The notes under the pieces: model-generated | The model's input: the letters and a program-made list of their open reading frames with translations, nothing else | The model's database searches: none | What the model was told of the DNA's origin: nothing | DNA from: Blepharisma stoltei ATCC 30299 | Lineage: Eukaryota > Protista > Ciliophora | DNA: 64,000 bases | Reading direction: 5' to 3' | Assembly: GCA_965603825.1 (NCBI GenBank) | Contig: CBFDEM010000020.1 | Location: forward strand, 744,001 to 808,000 | In this document: positions 39,925 to 51,232 of the stretch, piece by piece | Position numbering within the stretch: position 1 is the first letter of the stretch | How the letters are laid out: each line of letters opens with the position of its first letter | Position numbers and translations under genes: made by a program

Positions 39925-40800
39925 TTAGGCATATTTCACACTAGCTTTCCCAGGACTTTTGCTGCTTCTTCCTCTCGACATTGACAGCGATATTTTTTCA
40001 TTTTGTTTTTTTTCCAAAATTGCAATTGCTTTCTGGTTTTCTTTAATAGCCTTCATCATAAATTCTTGTTTTTCACTAATATCCATCAGCATAGCTTTCA
40101 ATGACTCATAAGACCTCTGCGACTGAGCTGACTCAAACGAAGCGCTATCAATGCTTTGTTGCCTTGACGAAGGCCTATTTCTCGACTCATTTCTCTTCGA
40201 CAGTTGTGTAAGTTCATTCATAAACTGATCGACCTCTTCTTTTAATTGCAATCTTTTCGGAGAAGTATGATTACTAGGCATCTGCTCATAAGCTTGAGGA
40301 TTATTCTGAATGCTAGAAATCGCATTAAACAGCCTATTTCTAGGCCCTATAGGAACATTCATATCATTTAAATCTTCTTTAGTCAAATACTGCAGATCTT
40401 CATAGGAAACCTGATTTGCATCAAAAATCGGCAGCAATTCTTCTAAGCCCAAATCATTTAAAAATTCACTCAGTGGGTCGTCAGCTTTTGTCTTTGTTCA
40501 TCTATCAGGACTATGTTTTTTAGGAGGAGTTCGGGCTCGGATTTCAGATTCTTCATGATTAAATCTCATGGAGCTTGAGCTTAGGTTATTAGGATTGCGA
40601 GCTGGGTATTTTTGGGCATGATTTTCAGGTGTCTGTGGCAGAGATCCGTATTTGGATTTAAGCAAGCTTTGAGATTGCTTCATGGAGGCTGAGATTTGGT
40701 CAACTCTTTCTTTTATGTTAGAGAGACTTTGGTCTTGGCGTGCTGACCTTTGGGATGAAAATGTCCCTCGGCTATGAGCTCCGTTTTGGTAATGAGACAT
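39925..40800 (-). CDS. SAM-domain protein
   Basis: LSEFLNDLGLEELLPIFDANQVSYEDLQYLTKEDLNDMNVPIGPRNRL; joined through TGA at 40498. Confidence 0.85.
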
Positions 40801-41264
40801 AACTTTAATTTTACCGTTTGATCCCTCTTATAAATTAAATGGAATTTTCTTATCTCCATTTGAATTTGATGAAAGAAAAAGCTGGGATATTCAAAAGTTC
40901 CATTAAAATCAATTAAATTGATTTTTTATAATTAGAGATGCATTTTATTGTGGAAAATCTATAATTTATTTGAACTGCTGGGCTATTTCAGTTATTTAGC
41001 CTTTTATTATAATTTATAGATTATCATCAGCAGTCTTATTATAAATAATTATAAATAGTCTATCAAATCATAATTTTTTTCAGATAATAATTAGACAATA
41101 ATTGTAACTTAATTTTATTTGCGTTAATCTCATATAACCTGCATCAAAATTGCTCAATTCATTAGAGTTAGCCTATCATATTATCTTTTACTTATTTTTG
41201 TCGCAAATAACTTAATTGCTTTCCTATTCCTGTCTTATATTTATCAACAACAAATTTTATAAAT

Positions 41265-42386
41265 ATGAATCCCACAGACGATATTGGGAATAGAATTCTT
41301 CGTCTAGTCTTTAACCAGACCAATGTAACCCTTACTCAGTCCAATCTTGTCGCAGGAACTTCTAAAGGTTTCAGAATCGTCCGTCTTGAAGACTGCAAAA
41401 TCACATCTCGTCGTGACAAAGAGTCTGAACTACACTTTCCAGGCGGCTTTACTTGTTTAGCCCCTATGTTTTCTACCCAGCTTATCTGCTTGGTCGGCAG
41501 CCGTGAAAACCCCCGCTACCATCCAAACGTGGTTTATTTTTGGGACGAATACCAAGTAGATATGAAAGGCGAAATCAGATTTAGGTCAGAAGTCAAAAAT
41601 GTGCTTATCAGACGAGATAAAGTCGTCATTATTTTACAAAACATGGTAATTATTACTTAGACATATGTATATGAGCTTAATAATCTCAAGCCAGTTGCTT
41701 CTATTTCTACAATTGATAACACAAATGGGGTTGGCTCGATTTCTTATGATAAAGATAGGTTCGTTTTAGGGACTTTGGATACAAAGCCAGGATGGATTAG
41801 AATAGAAAACTTTTCAGGTGGAGGGTTTAAGACTGCGTCAATTCATGAAAATCCGATAGCAATCCTAAGTATTGATTTTAGTGGGACATATGGAGCTACT
41901 GCAAGTGAACAGGGGACTATTATAAGGGTTTTTGATTGTATTACTTTAGATATATTGCATGAGCTTAGAAGAGGTAGCAGTGCTGCCAAAATTTCGGCCC
42001 TTGTGTTTAGCCCTGATCATAGCTTTCTCATTTCTTCTAGCAATAGAGCTACAATTCATGCTTGAAATATTAAAAATTTCCAATCAGTATCTGTAAGTGG
42101 AGCTATTAGTAAATTATTGCCGACTTATTTTCAGTACCAACGCAGCTTTGCCAAGCTGAATTTGCCGCCTGAGGTAGCTTGAACTTGCCCAACTACAATT
42201 GATGAAGGCCCAAAAGCATGCTTTGCGAATGAGACTGACTTTTTTGTTGCGCATTTGGATGGGAACTTATATAAGTGCCAAATCAATGAGACTCAGAACA
42301 CTATAACTGTGCTAGATACTAAGCCATTTTTAAATTTCAATGAAACTATTGTAGAAGGTGAGAGACAATGGACTTCTTTTGAATAA
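41265..42386 (+). CDS. PROPPIN/WIPI3-4 (ATG18/HSV2 family) WD40 protein
   Basis: FNQ..LVAGTSKGF, VYFWD, ATASEQGTIIRVF, ELRRG phosphoinositide motif; two 15-nt introns; TAA at 42384. Confidence 0.92.
41325..41339 (+). other. 15-nt in-frame, stop-free intron
   Basis: GTAACCCTTACTCAG; removal restores FNQ-x-x-S-x-L-x-x-GT spacing of the ATG18 family. Confidence 0.75.
41646..41660 (+). other. 15-nt intron
   Basis: GTAATTATTACTTAG; in-frame TAG if retained. Confidence 0.92.
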
Positions 42387-42410
42387 ATGTAACTATTAAT
42401 TAAGCCACAA

Positions 42411-43739
42411 TTATGCTGATTCTGTTAATTTAGTTTGCTTATATAAAAGATAGCCATACAGCTTTGACGGCCCTTCACTTTTAGCTATTCCTGCATACTC
42501 CAGCCCATCACGCACAATAAACGCCATACATCCTGCTAATGGGGAACTATCTTTATGATAATTTGGGTTTAATTTTCCATGATGCCCTCTAGCTAATTGT
42601 TCACATTTCTCTATATTTTCAAATGAGAAATCAAAAGTACTCGCTTTTTCTTCAATCATCTCGCTCAATGTTTTTCCATCATGGGCATCTTTATTTCTAA
42701 TATCAGCTAAATATGTTTGACACTGAGCCCAAGCTTCTTCATTACTTTCTGGAAGAGATTGGCCAGCAAGCTGGAAGAATAATCTAAATATTAAAATTGT
42801 GTCTACTGGGGCAAGCTGTGTAAGGTAAAAAAGCTCTTCTTCGATAATATTGATCACTTTAAGGGCTTCTTTGGATTTTGATAAAAGTGTGAATGGAGGA
42901 GGGTCAGGAATTTCAGAGCCATTTTCTGTGAGCTGTTTGAGGGCTTCTTGCACTTCTGCAAGAGTTGAATATGAAGGCCTGTCAATTTTTATTTCAGCAA
43001 CTGGCTCTTCTTTCTTTTCTTCTTCTGCTTTTTTGGTTACTTCTTTTTTCTTTGTAGGGCTAACTTTCTTTTTTTCTTCTTTCTTGTCTTCTTTCTTTTT
43101 TGGCTCCTTTTTCTCTTCTTCTCCAGACTTTTTCTTTTCTTCTTCTTTTTTCTTTTTCTTTTCTTCAATCTGCTTATTCTTTTCTTCCAACTCTTTTCTC
43201 TTTTTCTCAGCTTCCTGGGCTTGTTTTGCCTTAAACTCTTCTTTTTTCTTTGCTTCTTCTTCAACTTTTTTCTTTTTTGCTTCTTCTTTTTTCTTATTTT
43301 CCTCTTCTTTAGCCTTTTCTTTGGCTTCGCGCTTTTTCTCCTCCTGTTCTTTTTTCTTTTCTAGTTCTTCTTGTTTTTTCTTTTTGATTTCATCTTGATG
43401 TTTTTTGATTTCTAAATCTTTTTGCGCTTTGAATTCAGCTTTTTTCTTGGCTTCTTCTTCTTTTTCTTTTTTCACCTCTTCAGTTAAGACTTCTTTTCCT
43501 AAAGAGACTTGTGCAGTTTTAGGCCGCTTTGGGTTATCTGGAGAAGAATGATCTTCGACATTCGGCTTTGGTCTGACTTTGCCAGCTGATCCAGTTCTTT
43601 TTTCAGCTTTCTTAGAAGCTTCTAATTTGTTGATTAGATCTTCGAGATAAATTGTTTGAGCGTGAAAAGCTTCCTGGAGACCTGAAAGCTTTTCAGTAAT
43701 CAATTCATCAACTACTCCTTTGATTGCTGTCCAATCCAT
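42411..43739 (-). CDS. K/E-rich single-alpha-helix protein with C-terminal dynein-stalk MTBD-like domain
   Basis: Likely start MDWTAIKG (ATG at 43739, after AT-rich leader); about 150 aa of EEEK/KKKE; globular C-terminal domain with dynein MTBD-like spacing. Confidence 0.75.
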   Translation of the reverse strand: MDWTAIKGVVDELITEKLSGLQEAFHAQTIYLEDLINKLEASKKAEKRTGSAGKVRPKPNVEDHSSPDNPKRPKTAQVSLGKEVLTEEVKKEKEEEAKKKAEFKAQKDLEIKKHQDEIKKKKQEELEKKKEQEEKKREAKEKAKEEENKKKEEAKKKKVEEEAKKKEEFKAKQAQEAEKKRKELEEKNKQIEEKKKKKEEEKKKSGEEEKKEPKKKEDKKEEKKKVSPTKKKEVTKKAEEEKKEEPVAEIKIDRPSYSTLAEVQEALKQLTENGSEIPDPPPFTLLSKSKEALKVINIIEEELFYLTQLAPVDTILIFRLFFQLAGQSLPESNEEAWAQCQTYLADIRNKDAHDGKTLSEMIEEKASTFDFSFENIEKCEQLARGHHGKLNPNYHKDSSPLAGCMAFIVRDGLEYAGIAKSEGPSKLYGYLLYKQTKLTESA

Positions 43740-44640
43740 ATTTATTATGAATTTTTTGAGACTAAAATAGTCCAATGACTGTATTTTTGATGATTTATAA
43801 GGCATCCGTGTAGATTCCTAGGGTAATAATATTTTCCAAAGTCTTCATAAACAGACTCCTTAAATTACCTTAAAAAATACAATTTTTAATTATTTTTTAT
43901 AGTTAGAACTTGTTCAGATAAAAACTTTTAAAAATTACTTGTTTTATTTTATTATCATTACGTTATTTTAACACAGATTTTTCAGCATTTCTCTTTTTGA
44001 TCTTCATAGCTGCATAAATAAATTCTTTATTAATTGCCAATTTCCTCTACTTTTTTCCTCCATTCTTGATCCATTCCACAAATGTCTGAGAATAAGTGCA
44101 ATTTCACGCATCATGAATCTCTCCCTAATTATTTCTTCAATTACACTACTTTCCTTTAATCTCTATAAAAATTCCACTCTAATATTAGTTTAGATTTATT
44201 TTATATTAAGTAATCAGCATTATATTTATATAATAAAAATTTGTTTTTTATTGAAATTACATTTTGCAGTAGTAATATAGGTCAATAAACTTTAAGGATT
44301 ATCAAAAATTGCCAAATAAATATTCATCTTAATCATAAAGAGAACAAGATCTATGCTGTTGAATTCTCATCAAATCACAATTTTCAGATATTAAATTTCA
44401 GGTAAACAATTTTGGATATCAATTGATTCTTAAGTCTAAAAATTTTCTGAGAATGAAAACCATTCTAACATCTATACTTTATGAAGGTTATAATAGCAGA
44501 ATAAAATTATTATATTAAATAAAAAGCATATTTAGATAAACTGAAATCTATAATTAATCGACAAAATTAGCAAGAAAACATATTTATTGCTGCTAGTTGC
44601 TCTAATTCATTTTAATAGTATAAAAGATACTGTAAAGCAT

Positions 44641-44793
44641 TTAGATTCTTCTTTTTCTTTACTTCATCTTCGGCTTTTCTTCCCTGAAGTCCAGTCCATA
44701 TTTTATTATTAATTTTTAAACTAATAAATTCCGATGACTGTATTTTTACTTTTTTAATTGGGCAGCCTAAGCAAAGGCTATCTAAATAATATT
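44641..44793 (-). pseudogene. Deleted relic copy of the 42411..43739 gene (upstream region + MDWT start fused to an internal fragment)
   Basis: 44691-44793 aligns with 43731-43833 (ccaRtccata..ttattat..atgactgtattttt..ggca..taataatatt); 44641-44682 aligns with 43231-43272. Confidence 0.7.
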
Positions 44794-44843
44794 GAGCTCT
44801 TTATACCTATTAATAAAAAATTAATTATAAAAAAGGATTTCTC

Positions 44844-45626
44844 CTATCTCTCTGAAATATGATTTTTCTTGTATAAAAGATAACCATAAAGCTTTGTAGG
44901 TCCTTCCCCTTTTGCAACGCCTCCATATACTAAAGCATCGCGAACTATAAACGCAATAATTCCAGCTATTATGCAAGTATTTGAATGAAAATTTGGATCT
45001 AATTTCGAATGATGCCCTTTAACCAACGCACCACATCTGCTTATATTGTTAAAAGAAAAATCAAAAGTATTGATTTTTTCTTCAAGTATCTCACTCAACA
45101 ATTTTCCTTCAAGAGCTGCTTTGTTTCAAGTATCAATAAAAAACGCTCTGCACTGTGCCGAAGCTTCATCAATTTTAAACGGAAGTGGTTGGCCTAAAAG
45201 CTGGAAAAAAAGACTGAAAATTGGTAGTGATTCTATTTGGAAAGGCGTATTAAGGCAAAATAGCTCTTCTCCTAAAAAGTTCATAAGTTTAAGCACTTCT
45301 TTTGATTTTGATGATAATGAGAATGGAGGCGGATCTGAAGTATCGCGTCCTTCTTCAATGAATTGTTTTAATCCATCTGTTATTTCTTTTAGTGTTGAAT
45401 AGGAGGGTTCAGCAGTTTCCACAATTTTTGACTCTTCTTTTTGATTTATTTTGTTTGACTTTTTCTGGTTATTTATTTTTGTACGTGGTTTCTGGTGTGC
45501 ATGGATTATGTTGTTTTGTTTTTTTTGGCTTTCATGTTTTTGCTTGATTTTAGGCTCTGTAGTTTTCTTTGACTCTTCTAAAACTTTTTTCTTCGGAATT
45601 ACTGCTTTATTCGTTTTTTTATTCAT
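44844..45626 (-). CDS. Shorter paralog of the 42411..43739 gene (MTBD-like domain)
   Basis: PSYSTL..DPPPF.L.SKSKE..EELF.L..FFQL.GQ.LP..TFDFSF.NI..GHH.KL.PN..AFIVRD..LYGYLLYK shared; TGA at 45126 read as Trp. Confidence 0.75.
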
Positions 45627-46092
45627 GTTAATGTCAACTTAATATTTTAGTATTTGAACAGAAATTATATCATCAAAATGAAATTTAAGTCAGATTAAAT
45701 TTTTGATAGTTTAATCAATCTTTAAAAGCAACTAGTCATAATAAATGATATTAATTTCTAGGCTAGTCGCAATCAAAATGAATTTTATCAATGTTCAGAT
45801 AGTTAATATGTTAATATATAGAAAATTTGCATTTATTTATAATATATGTTTTACTAAGAATGTCATAAAATATTTTGAGTTAAAATGCGCAAAGAAAGAA
45901 AACATTAAGAGCATTCAGATGTAATAAATAAGTATATATTTACGAGATATGCATAATGTTTCATGGGAATGTTTATATTTTAATTGCACTTCAAAGCTAT
46001 AAAATAGTAAATGCAAAGTATGGCAAAAATCTAGACTATTACTTACAAAATAAAAGATTATCAAAATATTTTAAATGCAAAGGCTCAAATGC

Positions 46093-47586
46093 TTACTTTC
46101 TCTTCGTACTGCTCAAGAATGGCATATTATATATAAAATCAGACAAGCAAAAGAATGCTTGCATTTTTCTCCTATAAATAAACTTTTCCAGTCTCGCATG
46201 GCATATTTTATAAGCAGTTTTCTGGCTTTGTGAAGGTGTTGGGTACTCAAACCAAACCGAACTTTCCGGCTCTTTGGTAGCTGGCTCAATAACACTTAAA
46301 TTGCATTTTCTATTATTCTCAAAAGCCCCAAAGGTCCCTGTCATCGTCGGACTATGCAAAATAGAGCTATTCTGTATTTCTTCTTTACTAAAATCAAACG
46401 TTAACGACTGTTCTCCATCATTTCCTAGCGCTTTTTTAAAATTTCCCATACATAATTTCAATCTTTCTTTAAAAATTCCATCAACTATTTTCAATCCTTT
46501 TTTTTGCTCTGCAATACTGCATGCTTTTGATGGATTTTTATTATGCTGTTTTGGGGGTTTTGGAGGTAAAAGCTCGCTGAAATCTAGCTTTGGGACTTTT
46601 ACAGCATTTGATTTTGGCATGCCTTCTAAGCTTAACTCAATATCAAGCTCAAGCCCTTTTGGAAGCTCTGTTATATCAGGGTTAAACTCAAATGATGCTT
46701 CTTCTTTGGGCTTTTTTGACCCAATGGATTCATTGAATCTCAATGTATGCTTTGGCTCGATTTGTCTACTTGACGCAATTCCAGGGGAATCTAATGAAGA
46801 TTCATAGAAATCCAGCTTTATTTCACTGATTTCATTCATATCTGATAAGTTTTTCTTTTTCGAACGCGGAGATGCGACTATTTGATCCTCAGAGTACATT
46901 ACAAGGCTTAATTCATTGTCGTGAATTATCTCTTTTGGCTCTGGAGACCCTCCTTCTTGATAATATAATGACCTTTTTGAAGCATTATGCTCAGTTACTG
47001 CACATGATGTGGTTATATTGCAATCTCTTATCATAGGCTGAGTTCTTACTAATTTTTCTGGTTTTGATGGCAAAATTTGTAAGATTTTTTCGTGAAATCT
47101 TGGTGAGAGCTCTTCTTTGGTGGAACTTGTAAGAAGTGTCAAGGCTACAGCATTGCAATGGCTGCATTTAGTAAATGCTAGAGGATTGTAATTTTGTACT
47201 TGGGTTTTCTCGAGTTTCCGCATAGAATCTCTGGTTCTTTTAAAAACCAGTTTTTCTAAAATTAAGCTTAAAATTTTTATTTCTTTGGAATTATTTTTGG
47301 GATGCTTCCATTCTTTGTTGTATTTTTCATAAAAAGAGAATTCTTTGTTTGCTGCAAATGTACGGTTGTGTCGACTTGTACTGAGAGCATCTAGCTTTTT
47401 TTGCAAAAATGGACTTACGTTACCCAGTTTTTCTTGCAAATTTAGCTTGAAAACTTGTTTGCCTGCTACTTTTGAATTTTGAAAAAGCTTGTTAACTCTT
47501 TCAACAAAACTGTTTTCAGGGATTATATTTTCTGATAGATTTTCTTTTGGCTTCAAAACTCTTATATTGCGTCTATCAGTCGTCAT
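46093..47586 (-). CDS. Hypothetical protein
   Basis: 497-aa uninterrupted ORF. Confidence 0.7.
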   Translation of the reverse strand: MTTDRRNIRVLKPKENLSENIIPENSFVERVNKLFQNSKVAGKQVFKLNLQEKLGNVSPFLQKKLDALSTSRHNRTFAANKEFSFYEKYNKEWKHPKNNSKEIKILSLILEKLVFKRTRDSMRKLEKTQVQNYNPLAFTKCSHCNAVALTLLTSSTKEELSPRFHEKILQILPSKPEKLVRTQPMIRDCNITTSCAVTEHNASKRSLYYQEGGSPEPKEIIHDNELSLVMYSEDQIVASPRSKKKNLSDMNEISEIKLDFYESSLDSPGIASSRQIEPKHTLRFNESIGSKKPKEEASFEFNPDITELPKGLELDIELSLEGMPKSNAVKVPKLDFSELLPPKPPKQHNKNPSKACSIAEQKKGLKIVDGIFKERLKLCMGNFKKALGNDGEQSLTFDFSKEEIQNSSILHSPTMTGTFGAFENNRKCNLSVIEPATKEPESSVWFEYPTPSQSQKTAYKICHARLEKFIYRRKMQAFFCLSDFIYNMPFLSSTKRK

Positions 47587-47886
47587 ATTTTAATTGTTAG
47601 AGTTATACTTCATATATAAATTTAAATTTCTTAAATTGAATAAATCTTCTTAATAAATTAAAATTTTAATATCAGAAGTATATTTTTAGACGATATTTAG
47701 GTAGAAATAATTATCTTGCGTTTAAAAACTTATTATAATGTTAAAAACTGGAATTATAATCTATAAAATAACTTAAAAATACTTAATAAATAATTTTTTT
47801 GATGAAAATCTTAATTAATATAAACTTCAAGTATTAAATGAAAGTTATAAACATAACCATTACTAATTTCATATCTTATACAGCAC

Positions 47887-49248
47887 CTATTGGCTAGCTT
47901 TTCTAGTCAATTTCGCAAAAGTTCTTGAATTTGTTCTTTTGCTTGTGCTTGTAGGTGGATAAGGAACCTGATTTTCCAAATTAAAAGCATCAAAAGCAAT
48001 GCCCACATCAATAATGCTCAAGTTTTCTTCTCCACATATATCAGAAATAATTCAGGGCTCTTCACTTATAAGCTTTGCTGGGTCCTTAGTATTCATCAGA
48101 ACTCTTCTGACTCTTACAAAAATGTCATCGCCCAATTTACTTCTTAGGAAGTCTCCCATTAGCATTGGTCTAATTGGAGAGTTTGGGCACTGTTTTAAGA
48201 TGCTTTCTGAAAATGTAAAGCATTTTTGAGAAGATCTTGATGTAGCAGAACCATCGTTTTTAGATGGAGGAGATTTTTTGCCCTGCTGCAAATGAGTAGC
48301 TGTTTGGACATTTGCTGAGTCCATAGGGGTTTCTGGCTTATGACTTGAAGGAGCTGATGTAGGGTGGACTGGATTTGATTTGTGGGGAATATGGGTAGGG
48401 GTTGGAATATTAATAGAAATTTCTTTTTGATATTTTTTAGTCTTCCTCGTATTTACGCTCAGCTCTTTTCGCTCTTCTGTAGAATTAAATATCGGCATTG
48501 TCCAAATGGCTGCTGCTGAAGGTCTGAGCTCTTTATCTTTGCTCAGCATTGATGACACCAAATTTTTCAAATTCTGACTATACTTGTCTGGAATTGGATT
48601 TGGCTCATTATTTATTATTGAATTTACAACCGCAATCAGATTTTCCCCTTCAAACGGTCTTCTCAATGTACAAAGTTCATATACAATACACCCCAGACTC
48701 CAAATATCAGCTTTATTATCATAAGGTTCTCCTTTACAAATTTCAGGTGCTAAATAATAAGGAGTTCCTACACTAGTGACGGCTAGTTCATCACTAAAAT
48801 TGAGGATTTTTGAAATTCCAAAATCCCCAACTTGGACACCTCCGTCCTTAGTCAAAAATATATTGTGGCTTTTCAAGTCCCTATGGATAATTTTGTTGTT
48901 GTGAATGTGATTTAACGCTTCAGCAAGCTGCCCAATTCACTTCCAAACCTGAGACTCGTTAAAACTGCTGTTTTGGTCTTTCACTGATCGAATTCGAGCA
49001 GCGAGGTCTCCGCCTTCGGCGTAGTCCATAATAATGCACAGATAGCCGTCATCGATAAAGCTTTCGTGATACTGGATGATATATGGGTGGTCAAGCTGCT
49101 CTAATACGTTTACTTCTTTGCAATTGGGCTGCTCTGTCTCTAAAGGTACCTTTTTCATCGCAACCAGAGCCCCGTCTTCTCTTTCGACAAGCCAAACTTC
49201 TCCATAACGACCTCTGCCTAAGTTTCTAAGCTTTCTGTATCGATCCAT
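47887..49248 (-). CDS. NEK: NIMA-related kinase (NEK)
   Basis: GRGRYGEV, IIMDYAEGGDL, QVWK-W(TGA), HRDLKSHNIFL, GDFG, VGTPYYLAPE, YDNKADIWSLG; TAG at 47887. Confidence 0.93.
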
Positions 49249-49925
49249 GTTAAAAATTTATTATACAGAGATGAGAAGATGATTTCATGGATATGGAGAT
49301 ATGGAAATTGCAGGTGTTTACTGCTTAAGCTGTTTTATAGATTTTTTGGGGAGGTTGAAGAATGCCGTTATTGAAAAATATTCAAACGAATTCTTAATTC
49401 TTTAAAAATTGTATAAGTATTTAATCGTCAAAGTACTGTATATAACTCAATAATTGACTAATTAAATCTTGATAATTAGTTTTGGCTAATAATTTATATA
49501 AAAATGCGAATTTTTATAGATTAATTTGGAAGTAAGTAATCAGAATTGCAATTTAGCAACTAATTAAAGTTCTTTTTCTCTTATGAAATTGGCGAAGTTT
49601 TGATTTTGATAACTGTTAATAACAAAATAAAAAATGGAAGACAAATATGAGAGAAAGAGTCATTACTCTCCCTATTTAAATTTCAGCCTCCTGAAGGTAA
49701 AAAAGCTCAAAAAATTGAAACTTTAACCCACTTTCATACTTAAGCTATGCTTTATGATCATTATACACTCCACAAAAACTAAATGATTTATTAAAATGAT
49801 AAATATTGAATTTTAATATCCTAAAAGATTCAATCACATTTAAAATTTCTAAAGGTAATTTCAATTTTCTAATGCTTTTAATTCATTCCCATATTTATCT
49901 CTGTTCTTAACTAATATTTGATAAA

Positions 49926-51056
49926 ATGAGCATGGAATTAGAAGATGAAGTTGTATGCGAGCTTGATGTAGTATTAAACTCCCAATCAGAAGGCCAGCTA
50001 TTTTTAATCCAATACCCTCTTCGACCTCGATACCGACCTTATGGCGACCAAGGCACTCTATCTTCTGGCAAAATCGGAGCCAACTCTTTACAATTAAATT
50101 ATACTCTAAACTCATCTGGTCCTAATTATGATAAAAAATCCAACGAATTCAATCACAAAGAACAGACTCTCCAAAGCAAAACCATTGTCCCTTTAAATGA
50201 CTATTGGATTGGAGTAATCAGAGAAAACACTCTTTCGCTTTCTCCATTAGAAAAAGTCTATCAAATGAGACCTGCAATGGACTATGTTGACGCTTCGACC
50301 AAGACAAGATATATTGAAGACAAAGATGAAGAAGAAAATCTAAAAGCTGAAAAAGAGTCTAAGAAAATGAGGATTTTTAAGAAAAAAGAAGCACATAAGG
50401 TAGAAGAAGAAGAAAAATTGAAGCCTGTCGAAGTTTTAGATATGAATAATGAATCAAGTATAGAAGCTTTTGAAAGCTTGATACCTAAAAATTGTGAAGA
50501 AATTGAAATAACTACAAATTCAGCTGAATATGTGGCTAATCTTTTGCCTGAACAAACAAAAAATTTTGGGTTCAGAAATACATTAAGAGAAATGCCAATA
50601 TCACTTCAGGTTGAAGAAATATTAAAAAAAGCTGAAGTCATTAGTTATGAATTTCTAATTGAAATGTTAGGAAAAAATGACTCAAGAATAGATCAAGCTT
50701 TATCTCAGAAAGCTACAATTATTAGGGGCAGGTGGGTATGCAAAAGTGACTTATTGCAGCTTGGGGATTCTGAAAAAATCAGAGACGTCTGTTTAGCGAT
50801 ATTATTTTCAAAAGGATTTTTAGAAAAATCAAAGTATTTTATATATAGGCTTGTCCAATCATTTAAAGATTTACACAAAATTAGCTCAATAATTACAAAA
50901 ATCGCAGTAAAAGAGGCTTCGAAATGGTTTCTTAAAGGAGAAGAAGGAATGATGTAATCATTATTTAGAGATGAAAGGTTAGAAGCTAAAAGCAATGAGT
51001 ATTGGAAACAAAAAATGAAAACTTTCAAAAAAGAATTTCCTGAGCTTTTTAATTAG
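49926..51056 (+). CDS. POLR3E: RNA polymerase III subunit RPC5 (Sin-like)
   Basis: EDEVVCELDVVL..LFLIQYPLRP..QTLQS..YWIG..LSLSPL..YQMRP; two 15-nt introns; TAG at 51054. Confidence 0.88.
50834..50848 (+). other. 15-nt in-frame, stop-free intron
   Basis: GTATTTTATATATAG, A at -6, AT-rich relative to flanks. Confidence 0.6.
50954..50968 (+). other. 15-nt intron
   Basis: GTAATCATTATTTAG; in-frame TAA if retained. Confidence 0.85.
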
Positions 51057-51232
51057 GCAGAATAATTTTAATTTTATTATACCCAATAAATTTATTATTT
51101 GTTAAACGTAAGGTTAATGCCAGCCATCTTCAGCAAGCCAAACATGGGTTCGGCTTATCACACAAGTCAATACTAGGCTTTTTACTAATAAAGAAAGTCA
51201 AATATGCAAGAATTTAATTTAATTGGCTATTT

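Noticed and set aside
43740-43805. N-terminal extension MPYKSS... given by the ORF track
   Set aside because: This segment is copied with indels upstream of the relic at 44700-44793, which indicates non-coding sequence; MDWT is the likelier start
43965-44160. Purine-rich, coding-like stretch on the minus strand
   Set aside because: No recognisable motif or convincing start; at most a degraded fragment
49634-49726. 30-codon ORF MEDKYERK...KLKL
   Set aside because: Too short, no motif, inside a divergent promoter region
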